Shown here: piece by piece, positions 9,981 to 19,283 of the stretch | Position numbering within the stretch: the stretch's first letter is position 1 | How the letters are laid out: the number at the start of each line of letters is the position of its first letter | Assembly: GCA_964455585.1 (NCBI GenBank) | Contig: CAYVXW010000002.1 | Location: forward strand, 1,734 to 65,733 | Direction of reading: 5' to 3' | Length of the DNA stretch: 64,000 nucleotides | Source of the DNA: an uncultured Christensenella sp. | GTDB taxonomy: Bacteria; Bacillota; Clostridia; Christensenellales; UBA1242 | Position numbers and translations under genes: made by a program | Notes under the pieces: generated by a model | What the model was told of the DNA's origin: nothing | What the model saw: only the letters and a program-made list of their open reading frames with translations | The model's database searches: none

Positions 9981-10080
9981 ATATTTTCTAAAGTTCCCTC
10001 TTCTCCAAAGTTGCAAAAGTTTACAAAACTTTTACATTTAAAATAGACTTTTTTTACATTTATTATGTTACAATAAGAAT

Positions 10081-11031
10081 ATGAAAGAAAAATTTAGGAA
10101 AATGTATGAGTTTTTGAAAAAGCCAACTTTGTGGTTTGAACTTATGTGCTATGGGGTATTTGTAGTTGCATCCGCCCTTTGCATACTTTTTCTATGTCTT
10201 GGTGGCTTTGAGGCAATTTTGCCAGTGACATATAGCATAATGGGTGTAACATTTTTCTATTGTACCTATCTATTTGTGCGTTATGACTATAAGGCAATAA
10301 AGTCGTATTTTAGGTCGCTTAAGGTGCGATTATCGCAAAAAAGTAAACTGCTAGATGGTCTATTTAATAACATCTACTTTAGAACCAACCTTGCCACCGC
10401 CTTTTCCCTTTTGCTAGGAATTGGGTTCGTTTGTTACAACGCCTATGCGGGGCTAAAGTTTCACTCGGTTTGGAACGGAAGTATTTCTATTTATTATAGC
10501 TTTCTTGTAGTCATTAGAGTGCTATTTTTGATTTACGAAATGGTGCTAATTAAGCATAACGAAATGGGAAATAGTCAAAAAGACCAATTGCGAGCAAAAA
10601 TGTTTAGGTTTGAGGGGATACTTCTAATACTTCTAAACATCGCACTTATAGCCCCCGTGACCATTCTTGCCCTTTCCAAAAAGCAAGTCAACCTGCCTAT
10701 GTGGGTGGCAATAGTCAATGCGTGCTATGCTTTTTATAAAATAATTGTTTGCGTATATTCATTTGTTAAAACTAGGAAAAACACTGCACTTTCCATAAAG
10801 GGCATAAAGAACCTAAACCTAACAAGTGCCATAATTACAATGCTATCGCTTGAAAACACTATGATACTAACATTTTCCGAAAGCCCTAGCGATATGCAAT
10901 TGCTTATGATTTTTAGTGCACTTGGCACGATGATAATAAACTTGGTCATTGCAATTAGAACATATCTTATTGGCAATGCCGAAGTCAAAAAACTTAAAGG
11001 AGAAAACTATGACGAAAATACTAATTGTTGA
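10081..11031 (+). CDS. Polytopic membrane protein of unknown function
   Basis: The 316-aa ORF has multiple hydrophobic helices. Its 3' end overlaps the response-regulator start by 23 nt. No clear SD precedes the ATG. Confidence 0.65.
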   Translation: MKEKFRKMYEFLKKPTLWFELMCYGVFVVASALCILFLCLGGFEAILPVTYSIMGVTFFYCTYLFVRYDYKAIKSYFRSLKVRLSQKSKLLDGLFNNIYFRTNLATAFSLLLGIGFVCYNAYAGLKFHSVWNGSISIYYSFLVVIRVLFLIYEMVLIKHNEMGNSQKDQLRAKMFRFEGILLILLNIALIAPVTILALSKKQVNLPMWVAIVNACYAFYKIIVCVYSFVKTRKNTALSIKGIKNLNLTSAIITMLSLENTMILTFSESPSDMQLLMIFSALGTMIINLVIAIRTYLIGNAEVKKLKGENYDENTNC

Positions 11032-11680
11032 GGACGACAAAGAACTAAATAGCACGGTGGGAGTATTCCTAAGTTCCGAGGGCTTTGAGGTGGAGCACGC
11101 ATATAACGGAATTGACGCCTTGACCCTACTAGGCACACAAGACTTTGACCTAATACTTACCGACATTATGATGCCTATGCTAGACGGCTTTGGGCTAGCC
11201 GAAAGGATTAGAGCAAAGGACAAAAAGACCCCTATTGTATTTATGACTGCAAGGGACGACAAACCCTCAAAACAACTAGGCTACAAACTAGAAATTGACG
11301 ACTACATCACCAAACCATTTGACCTAGACGAACTTGTGATGAGGATAAGGGCTTTGCTTAGACGAAGCAAAACTCAAGAAGAAAGCAAACTGGTAGTAGG
11401 CAACCTAACTATGGACAAAGATGAACACACGGCGTATGTGGACGGCACCGAAATTGGGCTAACCGTGCGTGAGTTTGATATCTTATTTAAACTACTAGAA
11501 AACCCAAAGAAAACCTTTACAAGAAGTGCACTTATGGACGAGTTTTGGGACTATGATAGCAGTGCTACTAGTAGAACCGTGGATGTGTATATGGCAAAAC
11601 TTAGAGAAAAAACATCCAAGTGTACGGGATTTGAAATTTTGACCGTTCACGGGCTTGGCTACAAGGTGGTGCTAAAATGA
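11009..11680 (+). CDS. OmpR/PhoB-family response regulator
   Basis: The receiver domain shows ILIVEDD...DLILTDIMMPMLDG...KPF. The winged-helix C-terminus shows LTVREFDILFKLL...RTVDVYMAKLR...GLGYK. I moved the start to MTKILIVEDD (ATG 11009, AAAGGAG 6 nt upstream) rather than the track start at 10949. Confidence 0.9.
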   Translation: MTKILIVEDDKELNSTVGVFLSSEGFEVEHAYNGIDALTLLGTQDFDLILTDIMMPMLDGFGLAERIRAKDKKTPIVFMTARDDKPSKQLGYKLEIDDYITKPFDLDELVMRIRALLRRSKTQEESKLVVGNLTMDKDEHTAYVDGTEIGLTVREFDILFKLLENPKKTFTRSALMDEFWDYDSSATSRTVDVYMAKLREKTSKCTGFEILTVHGLGYKVVLK

Positions 11681-12720
11681 AAAAGAACGGAAAAATTGGT
11701 TTTTCGCTACTAGGACTTTTTCTATTTTTCCTAACAATCGCGGGCACATCGTCGTCAGCAATTATGGTTTTTCAGGCGGTCAACAAAGCGTCGGGCGGAA
11801 ATGTAACTGCAATTGTGTTTGCCGTCCTTGGAAGCATTATGTTTGGAACCCTTATTTGCGTGAGCATTGACATTGTTAGGCGAAAGGTTATGGTGGACAA
11901 GCCCACAAAAATAATCTTGGACGCCACAAACGAAATTGCAAAAGGGAACTTTGATATATCTATCCCCATAAAGCACTCTCACAAAAAGTTTGACGAGTAC
12001 GACAAAATTATGGAAAACATAAACAAAATGGCGGAAGAATTAAGCAAAAACGAAGTATTAAAGTCCGACTTTATATCAAACGTTTCGCACGAAATAAAAA
12101 CTCCCCTTGCGGTTATAAAAAACTATGCCACGCTACTTAAACTAGACGGCATATCCAGTGACGACAAGAATAAATATCTAAACGAACTAGTCCTTGCAAC
12201 AAATAGGCTAAATAACCTAATTTCAAACATCCTAAAACTAAACAAACTAGAAAACCAAAAACTAGATTTTAGAGAAGAAAAGTTTAATTTGGGCGAAAGT
12301 GTTAGGCAAGTGGTTTTGGGGCTAGAAAACATTTTTGAAAAGAAAAATTTGGATGTGAAATGCAACATTGACGATATATATATTGAGTCATCAAAAGAAC
12401 TACTGGAAATTGTATGGAACAACCTACTTTCCAACGCCATAAAGTTTACAAACGAGGGCGGACGGATTGGCGTAAAAGTATTTGATGAAAAAGACTTTGT
12501 AACCGTGGAAATAAGCGACACGGGTGTGGGAATGGACGAGGCTATAGGAAAGCACATTTTTGACAAATTTTATCAAGGCGACACCTCGCACTCGGGCGAA
12601 GGCAACGGGCTTGGACTTGCCCTTGTAAAAAAGGTTATAACCATCCTTGGCGGTGAAATTTCGGTGGAAAGCAAGGTGGGCAAAGGAAGCACATTTAAAG
12701 TAAAATTGAGGAAGAAATAA
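11677..12720 (+). CDS. Sensor histidine kinase of the intramembrane-sensing type
   Basis: Motifs are H-box SHEIKTPL, N-box LLSNAIKFT, G1 DTGVGM and G2 GNGLGLALV. Two N-terminal TM helices are separated by only about 10 residues. The start overlaps the regulator's stop (ATGA). Confidence 0.9.
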   Translation: MKKNGKIGFSLLGLFLFFLTIAGTSSSAIMVFQAVNKASGGNVTAIVFAVLGSIMFGTLICVSIDIVRRKVMVDKPTKIILDATNEIAKGNFDISIPIKHSHKKFDEYDKIMENINKMAEELSKNEVLKSDFISNVSHEIKTPLAVIKNYATLLKLDGISSDDKNKYLNELVLATNRLNNLISNILKLNKLENQKLDFREEKFNLGESVRQVVLGLENIFEKKNLDVKCNIDDIYIESSKELLEIVWNNLLSNAIKFTNEGGRIGVKVFDEKDFVTVEISDTGVGMDEAIGKHIFDKFYQGDTSHSGEGNGLGLALVKKVITILGGEISVESKVGKGSTFKVKLRKK

Positions 12721-12721
12721 T

Positions 12722-13114
12722 ATGGACAAAAAAGACAACGAATTCAAATTCTCCTTTTCCGCTCCGACAAAAAACGAAAGGGAAGAAATTGAGGATATTA
12801 GAAAAAATTATTTGCCAATGTCATCTAGAAACAAAAAACTCGCTCGCCTAAAAGACCTAGATGCCAGAGTAAAAAACATCCCCACCATTTGGGGGCTTGT
12901 ACTAGGGGTTACTGGCATACTTACTTTTGGGCTAGGGCTAACCATAACCCTAGAGTGGTCAAAGTTTATTTTTGGGGCTTGTATATCGCTAGTAGGTGCC
13001 GTTCCAATGGCACTTGCCTACCCCGTTTACAAAAAATCAAAAGACAAACTTACAAACAAGTATAGAGAAGAAATTTTAAAACTAAGCGAAGAGTTATTGA
13101 ATGAAGAAAAGTGA
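12722..13114 (+). CDS. Small 2-TM membrane protein, paralog of 15451-15810
   Basis: The 130-aa ORF has a charged N-terminus, two TM helices and a C-terminal KY..IL.LS.ELL motif shared with 15451-15810. GAGGAAG lies upstream of the ATG. Confidence 0.65.
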   Translation: MDKKDNEFKFSFSAPTKNEREEIEDIRKNYLPMSSRNKKLARLKDLDARVKNIPTIWGLVLGVTGILTFGLGLTITLEWSKFIFGACISLVGAVPMALAYPVYKKSKDKLTNKYREEILKLSEELLNEEK

Positions 13115-13655
13115 TATTGACTACAAAAACTACGATAGACTAGACATCTATGCAAAAAAGGAAAAAGTGGACGGCATAACAAAGTGTTATGAGAGTTTTT
13201 CGTGGAAACTAGTAGAAACGGAGCAAAACAAAAAGTACGCCGACACGGTGGAACTAACATTTACTAGACCCCACAAAATCCCAAACAAAGACGACCTACT
13301 CTATAGCCAAATTGATATGGAAAACACCCTAAACGACCTAGGCAAACTAAAGCGTAACAAGCACGCTCGCTCCACTGCCTTGGGGCTATTTATGGGGATA
13401 CTTTCGGCAATTCTATTTGGTGTTGGGGTTAAGGCGTTTTTTGTAACCACTGGAACACTTTGGCTTATACTTTCGGGAATGCTAACGGGAGTAGGCACAA
13501 TTCTAGCAATAGTTACTGCAATTGTTTCTAGAAAAAAGTACAAAGGCGAAGAACTAAATTACGAAAGGAAAAGAACTGCACTAAACGAAAAACTAGAGGA
13601 CATTTGTAAAAACGCAAGAACTTTGGGCGGAGGCGACTATGCAAACAAAGATTAA
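13101..13655 (+). CDS. Membrane protein with the same topology class (soluble N-domain plus 2 TM)
   Basis: The 184-aa ORF overlaps both of its neighbours (14 nt and 17 nt). Confidence 0.6.
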   Translation: MKKSDIDYKNYDRLDIYAKKEKVDGITKCYESFSWKLVETEQNKKYADTVELTFTRPHKIPNKDDLLYSQIDMENTLNDLGKLKRNKHARSTALGLFMGILSAILFGVGVKAFFVTTGTLWLILSGMLTGVGTILAIVTAIVSRKKYKGEELNYERKRTALNEKLEDICKNARTLGGGDYANKD

Positions 13656-15210
13656 TTCAAAAATATCCAACAACCCCTCGTTTGAAATGGTAAAAATAAA
13701 GACCGAATCGAACCTTGGCGTACTAAAAACGCTAATTGTTGGGCTTGTGATTTTGCTTCAGTTTGGACTGCTTATATTTAGTTGGCTTTACCTTATGAAA
13801 TTGTTTCAGTGGTTAGTTATTTTTAGTGCCGTCGTAACAGTTACATTTTGTATAATTACGCTATCATCCAAACGCACCGGTCAAGTAAAAGCCACGTGGA
13901 TTTTGCTAATGCTACTTACCCCTACTTTTGGATGGGTCATATTCCTACTTTCCAACGAAAAACTTATGTTTGGGGGTACCAAGAAACGCTACAAAAAAAT
14001 CTATGATAAAACCAAATATTGGGATAGTAGCCCAAATCTAGACGGACTTACACCTAGCGTAAAAAACAATTGTAATTATCTTATGTCTAGTGGCAACTTT
14101 TTGGCTTATCCTAGCAACAACACAAAATATTACGAAAATGGGGCTACACTATTTGACGATATGCTAACCGACCTAGCAAAAGCCAAAAAGTTTATTCTAC
14201 TTGAGTTCTTTATTGTATCGGACGGAGTGCTACTTACACGCATACTAGACATTCTAAAAAAGAAAGCAAGTGAGGGGCTAGACGTTAGGCTAATTTATGA
14301 CGATATGGGTTCGCACGGAACTTTGCGACGCCATACAAAAAAAGAAATAAAAAAGTCGGGCATAAAACTTGTAACTTTTAATAAACTAGTTCCCCTATTC
14401 AACTTGGCTCTAAACATCCGTGACCACCGCAAAATTGTGGTTATTGATGGCGAAATTGGCTACACGGGTGGCACAAACCTCTCGGATGAGTATGTGGGCG
14501 AAAAGCGTACACACGGATATTGGAAAGACGAAGGTATTAGGATTTGTGGCGAGGCGGTAAACACATTTACCTTGGGTGTGCTTAGACAATGGGAATTTTT
14601 GACGGGCAAGGCACCCGACTATCAAAGTTTTCTAAATCACTCAAGTATAGCCCCACTAGATACTACTGGCACTAGCAATATAGTCGTGCCATATCTAACC
14701 GGTCCCGACTATCCGCACCCTATTGCAAGAGAACTATACGAAAATGTTATTTCTTCCGCACAAGAAAAACTATATATTATGACCCCATACTTTATTCCCG
14801 ACGAAAGCACACTTGCTCTAATCAAAACCAAAGCACAAAGTGGGGTGGATGTAAGGATTATCCTGCCCGAAATCCCCGACAAGTCATTTGTGTATCTTAT
14901 AAGCCTAGACGGTGCCGAAAAATTAATTGGTGCCGGAGCAAAAGTATACACTATGAAAAACTCCTTTGTGCATAGCAAACTAATGCTTAGCGAGCACGAT
15001 TGTGTGGTGGGCTCAATAAACTTAGACCAAAGGTCGTACTATCAACAATTTGAAAGTGCGGTGTACACAAACGACAAGGGCATTCTTAAAAGTCTTGGTG
15101 ACGACTTTGAAAAAACCATATCCCGCTCCAACTTGCACACTCCAAAAAAGATGGGGCTACTAAAGTGGACACTTATTCATATCCTAAGGCTAGTATCCCC
15201 TCTTATGTAA
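13639..15210 (+). CDS. cls: Cardiolipin synthase (two PLD/HKD domains)
   Basis: The two HKD motifs are HRKIVVIDGEIGYTGGTNLSDEY and HSKLMLSEHDCVVGSINLDQRS. N-terminal TM helices are present. GGAGG lies 5 nt upstream of the ATG. Confidence 0.9.
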   Translation: MQTKINSKISNNPSFEMVKIKTESNLGVLKTLIVGLVILLQFGLLIFSWLYLMKLFQWLVIFSAVVTVTFCIITLSSKRTGQVKATWILLMLLTPTFGWVIFLLSNEKLMFGGTKKRYKKIYDKTKYWDSSPNLDGLTPSVKNNCNYLMSSGNFLAYPSNNTKYYENGATLFDDMLTDLAKAKKFILLEFFIVSDGVLLTRILDILKKKASEGLDVRLIYDDMGSHGTLRRHTKKEIKKSGIKLVTFNKLVPLFNLALNIRDHRKIVVIDGEIGYTGGTNLSDEYVGEKRTHGYWKDEGIRICGEAVNTFTLGVLRQWEFLTGKAPDYQSFLNHSSIAPLDTTGTSNIVVPYLTGPDYPHPIARELYENVISSAQEKLYIMTPYFIPDESTLALIKTKAQSGVDVRIILPEIPDKSFVYLISLDGAEKLIGAGAKVYTMKNSFVHSKLMLSEHDCVVGSINLDQRSYYQQFESAVYTNDKGILKSLGDDFEKTISRSNLHTPKKMGLLKWTLIHILRLVSPLM

Positions 15211-15450
15211 TATCGGCAAAGACTTGCCGATATTTTTTTACACGCCCGCTATACGCTAGGGCTTTAAAATCACCACAACCCAGTCTCCGTACTACACAAA
15301 ACTACGCCGATATCAAATTTAAAACAACAAAAAGCGTATTTACAAAACTTTAACAAAAAGTTTACAGTAGATTTATATTAATTTAATTAAACGCAAACAC
15401 TAGTATCGTATAATGTAAGTACAAAATAAATGACGAAGGAGATAAAAATT

Positions 15451-15810
15451 ATGTCAGACAAAGAATTTGCAAAAAAGATTAAAGAAGAATATTCGCCAAA
15501 GGATACTAGGCTTACAAAACTAGACGAACTAAAAGCAATGGACAAAAAGGTTAAGAAGTTCCCTACAATATTTGCTTATATTTTTGGTAGTGTTTCGGCA
15601 CTTATATTCGGAACAGGAATGTGCCTTGGTATGAAGGTTATTGGTGGCACAACCGCTTGGATGATTGTTGGAATTATCGTTGGAGTAATTGGCTTGGGAC
15701 TAACTTCCGCCACATATGCAATCTACAACAAATTAATCGAGACTAGAAAGAAAAAATACTCAAAAGATATCCTTGCTCTATCCGACGAACTACTTGGCAG
15801 TGACGAGTAA
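15451..15810 (+). CDS. Small 2-TM membrane protein, paralog of 12722-13114
   Basis: The alignment shares Y.P......KL..LK..D..VK..PTI......G....L.FG.G and C-terminal KY...IL.LS.ELL. I placed the start at MSDKEF (AAGGAG 9 nt upstream) rather than 15430. Confidence 0.65.
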   Translation: MSDKEFAKKIKEEYSPKDTRLTKLDELKAMDKKVKKFPTIFAYIFGSVSALIFGTGMCLGMKVIGGTTAWMIVGIIVGVIGLGLTSATYAIYNKLIETRKKKYSKDILALSDELLGSDE

Positions 15811-15831
15811 TTTTAAAGTTAGAGGTTTATT

Positions 15832-16194
15832 ATGAAGGACAAAAATAAAAAGGAAGGATTCTTTAAGCGTGCATTTAGAAATATGATAGAAAGCGCTTAT
15901 GAACAACACGAAGTAGACAAAGCAAACTTTGAAGCAGTCAAAGCAGAAAGCAAAGCAAGATTGGAAGAAAATAGAGGCACAAATACCCTAAAACGAGCAA
16001 AAGAAACTGCAAAAGAAAATTGGGACTATGCTCACCTTAGTGCCAAAGGAAAAAGAGCAATTCAAAAAGAGCGTCAACAAAAAGAAATTGAAGACGCTAC
16101 CGCTAGGACAGCACTTGCAAACGAAAGAATAGAAAAAGCAAGACAAGAAAGAGCGGAAGAAAAAGCAAAAAAAGACGCAAAGAAAAACAACTAA
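15832..16194 (+). CDS. Lys/Glu-rich predicted coiled-coil protein, unknown function
   Basis: The 120-aa ORF is highly charged. AGAGG lies upstream of the ATG. Confidence 0.5.
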   Translation: MKDKNKKEGFFKRAFRNMIESAYEQHEVDKANFEAVKAESKARLEENRGTNTLKRAKETAKENWDYAHLSAKGKRAIQKERQQKEIEDATARTALANERIEKARQERAEEKAKKDAKKNN

Positions 16195-16367
16195 TATTTA
16201 CACACAAATCTTTCAAAATTTGGCACATTATTACGCAAAAAATCCACTTGGATTTCAAAAGTAATATGTGCTATTTTTGTCAATATGTAATAAGTTTTTG
16301 ACAATTGCACTTTACATATGGTCAGCAACTTGCCCATTTCCGATTTTCACAAAAGCATATTTACATC

Positions 16368-16400
16368 AAAAAAACTCAAAGGGAAATCCTTTGAGTTTTT
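16368..16400. terminator. Bidirectional intrinsic terminator between convergent genes
   Basis: The sequence is aaaaaaa-CTCAAAGG-gaaat-CCTTTGAG-ttttt: an 8-bp stem flanked by an A-run and a T-run. Confidence 0.65.
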
Positions 16401-16492
16401 GTATTTATTATATGTTTTATTGGATGTGTTTTATTGGATGTTTTATTATTATGTGTTTTATTTTATTTGCCTTATAGTGACCACTTTACGCA

Positions 16493-17815
16493 CTAAATCA
16501 TTTCGTCTTCAAGGTCGTCAATTTCCCTTTCTCTTAGGTTAATAGTTGGGATATTGCTACCCTTGTCAATTATTCTAGAGCCGTCCTCTTTGGAAGATTT
16601 TTCTTTGCCTTTCTTTGCTTCGATATACTCTTTTATTTTTTCGTTTTCGCTAGCGACCGACTTGTTGTTTGCCAAGATTTCTCTTATGCGTTTTCTGCCC
16701 TCAACTCTAGATGTGCCTATCTTATTTGAGTACTCGTCAACAAATTTTTGAACCATTCCGTCGGTTACACTTTCAATGGAATTTTCGATGCTTGCGGTAA
16801 GTTCGTCGGTGCCGTGCTTGGTTATTTGATGAGCAACATATTGGATAGGGTTTACTCTAACAAAATAGTCTGGGGTTCCTTTATCCAAATTTCTTTTTGC
16901 CTCTTCAACGGTTACCTTGTACCAAAAACTATTTGGAGGAAGTTCGCCGTCCTTTATGGAGTTATACTCAGCCCCTGCAGTCATAGCGCCCTTAAATGGT
17001 GTGTACGAGCCACCCGAAATTAGGTAAACGGGTTTTTTGATAATTTGACCGTCTTTGCTTTCGCTTGCCACCATTGGTTTAAAGTAGTTCATAGAAGTTC
17101 TTGCAACATAAATGTCCGCGCCCCCTCTTTTGGTCGCTCTCTCTTCCATCTTTCTTCCAATGTATGCACCTGTGCTAGCGGTTGTGTGCCAATTTATTGT
17201 TCTAATGCCCACATTCGCCTTGCCCACAATATCGTCCTCGATTTGGACATTGACAAGAGCATCGTTGCAAACCTTTTTGTCAAGCCCCAACGCCTCTTGC
17301 AAAATTCCAAGCATATCTACTTTGTGGTTCTTTAGTATTCTATGCTCGCTAGTTCCTCTAACCATTGCCACAATTTTCCCCTCGTCCGCAAGGTCTTTGA
17401 ATAGCGAATAGAAGTATGCAATTTGGTCTTGATAAGATAGCATCTTTCCCTTCATCGTCTTTGGAATGTACGAAAACAATCCGCCGTTTAGAAGCACGAT
17501 TGCATTTTCGCTATCTTTCATAAGCGAAGTGTTGTATTCAAGTTCTTTTAGATATGGGGTTCTTTTGCTAATATGCTCGCCCGCAAAGTCAACAGTGGTT
17601 CCCGCATAACCCATATCCACATTTGAAATTTCGTTTAGCCCAATGCTATCGTCTTTTAGTTCGTAACAATATACATTTGGTGCGGTTTTGGACAAGTCTA
17701 CTTGCGTTTCGTCCAAAATTCTTTTTCTTACATCCTCGGCGTTTCTTCTTATATCGTCAACACTAATAACACTAGGGTCAATGCCGTCTTTCATAAGTTC
17801 TACAATATCTGACAT
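16493..17815 (-). CDS. Metallophosphoesterase-like protein with degenerate metal-binding motifs
   Basis: It is collinear with the upstream paralog but substituted at the catalytic positions. The motifs read LLNGGLF (GD to GG), VRGTSEHR (GNHE to GTSEH) and YVARTSMNY (GHTH to ARTS). I placed the start at MSDIVEL (ATG 17815, GGGGGA 7 nt upstream), 1 nt after the upstream stop, rather than the track start at 17917. Confidence 0.6.
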   Translation of the reverse strand: MSDIVELMKDGIDPSVISVDDIRRNAEDVRKRILDETQVDLSKTAPNVYCYELKDDSIGLNEISNVDMGYAGTTVDFAGEHISKRTPYLKELEYNTSLMKDSENAIVLLNGGLFSYIPKTMKGKMLSYQDQIAYFYSLFKDLADEGKIVAMVRGTSEHRILKNHKVDMLGILQEALGLDKKVCNDALVNVQIEDDIVGKANVGIRTINWHTTASTGAYIGRKMEERATKRGGADIYVARTSMNYFKPMVASESKDGQIIKKPVYLISGGSYTPFKGAMTAGAEYNSIKDGELPPNSFWYKVTVEEAKRNLDKGTPDYFVRVNPIQYVAHQITKHGTDELTASIENSIESVTDGMVQKFVDEYSNKIGTSRVEGRKRIREILANNKSVASENEKIKEYIEAKKGKEKSSKEDGSRIIDKGSNIPTINLREREIDDLEDEMI

Positions 17816-17816
17816 A

Positions 17817-18989
17817 TTACATTCCCCCTTTTTCGTTTTCTTGTGAGTAGTCTTTTGGAGCCTTTCGTGGCTTTTCGGCAATAGAGGCTTGGACCTTGTC
17901 CCTAACATAAGATTCAAAATCTGAAATGGCGTCTACCGCCTCACTAATCTTTTCATAAACTTTTTGGGACTCTTCGTCCATTGCACTATTTATGGACCTT
18001 CTTGCATCCCTAAGCCTTTTTCTTTTTATATTTGTATCCATCTTTAAACTTGGCGAAAAGAACGCACAAGCAGGAACAATTTCGGGATAAGATATTCCCG
18101 TTGGAGAAACCTTTCCCGCATATGGGTTTGCTTGAGAACTAAGCACCATCCAAACCGCCGAACTCTTTGCGGTGTCTGGCAAAGCCATTCCCGCGCCATA
18201 AGTTCCGCCACCACTTGCAGGCAAGGTCAAGCACATTACATCGTGGTATTCTTGTTTTCCCTCGTCGTTTAGACGAATGGTTCTGTCCATCTTCATTGAT
18301 TGATTGTGAGTGTGTCCAATTACGCACATATCGGCATTGTCTACATTTCTAAGAAGCCTAAATAGCCCGTCAATGTTGCTAATTCCCGTGCCGTGGTGAG
18401 TGGCAATCCTCACGTGAAACTTTCCGTCTTTTGAAAGTGGTTGTCTCAAAACCAAATCGGTGCTAGCATAATATGGAGCAAAAGCGTCCCCTAGCCCCGC
18501 CACATCGGCAGCCATCTTTATGGAACTCACCCCTACACTCTTTCGCATTCTATCCTCGTGATTTCCGCTATGCAAAACCACAATTTTACCCGTGTCGTTT
18601 AGGTCTTTTAGTGCTTCGGCAACTTCGCTATTGCCCTTTGCAACCTTTAGCACGTCCGAAAAAACATCCAATTGTTGTTGTGGGTTTAATATATCCTCAT
18701 ATGGGTCGGACTTGCTTCCAACAATCGCCGTATTAAGCGCATCGCCAAGCATAAAAATAACGGCATTTTCTTGTGAGCGAGCGTATCTTAGGGTGTCTAG
18801 AAGCCCCTTGATATCAAAATCACACGAGCCTATGTGCATATCGCTTAAAAAGCACACTTGCAATGTGTCAAACTTGTCGGAATAATCCTTTGTAATATTT
18901 TTTATGGTTGCGTTATTGCTATTATAAGCCGTGTCACCAACCAAGCCTTTGTACTGCTTGTCCAAAATCTTTAGTACATCTTCCCTCAT
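17817..18989 (-). CDS. Calcineurin-like metallophosphoesterase
   Basis: The full motif set is present: FLSDMHIG (DxH), MLGDALN (GD), HSGNHEDR (GNHE), THHGTG and VIGHTHNQS (GHTH). The likely start is MREDVL (ATG 18989, GGGAGA 7 nt upstream). The track start at 19004 is also possible. Confidence 0.8.
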   Translation of the reverse strand: MREDVLKILDKQYKGLVGDTAYNSNNATIKNITKDYSDKFDTLQVCFLSDMHIGSCDFDIKGLLDTLRYARSQENAVIFMLGDALNTAIVGSKSDPYEDILNPQQQLDVFSDVLKVAKGNSEVAEALKDLNDTGKIVVLHSGNHEDRMRKSVGVSSIKMAADVAGLGDAFAPYYASTDLVLRQPLSKDGKFHVRIATHHGTGISNIDGLFRLLRNVDNADMCVIGHTHNQSMKMDRTIRLNDEGKQEYHDVMCLTLPASGGGTYGAGMALPDTAKSSAVWMVLSSQANPYAGKVSPTGISYPEIVPACAFFSPSLKMDTNIKRKRLRDARRSINSAMDEESQKVYEKISEAVDAISDFESYVRDKVQASIAEKPRKAPKDYSQENEKGGM

Positions 18990-19021
18990 TTTGTAATCTC
19001 CCATAAATTCTAACTATCCCC

Positions 19022-19049
19022 ATTATATCACCAATTTCCAAAATGTCAA
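19022..19049 (-). promoter_or_regulatory. Near-consensus sigma-A promoter for the metallophosphoesterase pair
   Basis: The minus strand reads TTGACA (19049-19044), a 16-nt spacer ending in TGa, then TATAAT (19027-19022). Confidence 0.6.
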
Positions 19050-19244
19050 TACCCAACCCTAAAATTTAACCCCTTAGCACACTTTCAAAACCTCTCGCAT
19101 TTTTGCATTTCAAACGCCTTAGAGCAAAGTTCTAATTACACCATAAAAGCCTTATTTTATACACAATCACACCCAAAGCCCACTGGCAAAACGAAAAAAA
19201 TTATTAAAAATGATAAAGCCCCAAAGTTTGGCTTATTTGGGTAC

Positions 19245-19273
19245 AAAAAAAAATACTTTGTATAAACAAAGTA
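19245..19273 (-). terminator. Intrinsic terminator ending the thyA-side operon
   Basis: The minus strand reads TACTTTGT-ttat-ACAAAGTA followed by T9. It begins 11 nt after the MazG-like stop. Confidence 0.6.
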
Positions 19274-19283
19274 CTTTTTCGTT

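Noticed and set aside
10949-11008. Long N-terminal extensions implied by track starts: the regulator at 10949, the 474-aa version at 17917, degV at 37550 and the giant gene at 62971
   Set aside because: In each case an internal ATG has a proper Shine-Dalgarno sequence and gives a family-typical N-terminus. The extension overlaps the upstream gene or lacks an RBS.
11755-12747. Minus-strand ORFs inside the histidine kinase gene (11755-11982, 12123-12566, 12424-12747)
   Set aside because: They lie antisense to a kinase with all catalytic boxes present, so they are shadow ORFs.
16268-16542. Small + ORFs and a short tandem repeat (gttttattggatgt, two copies, at about 16414-16441) in the convergent intergenic region
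   Set aside because: This is AT-rich spacer DNA downstream of a bidirectional terminator. The ORFs lack RBSs, and a two-copy 14-mer is too little to call a repeat element.
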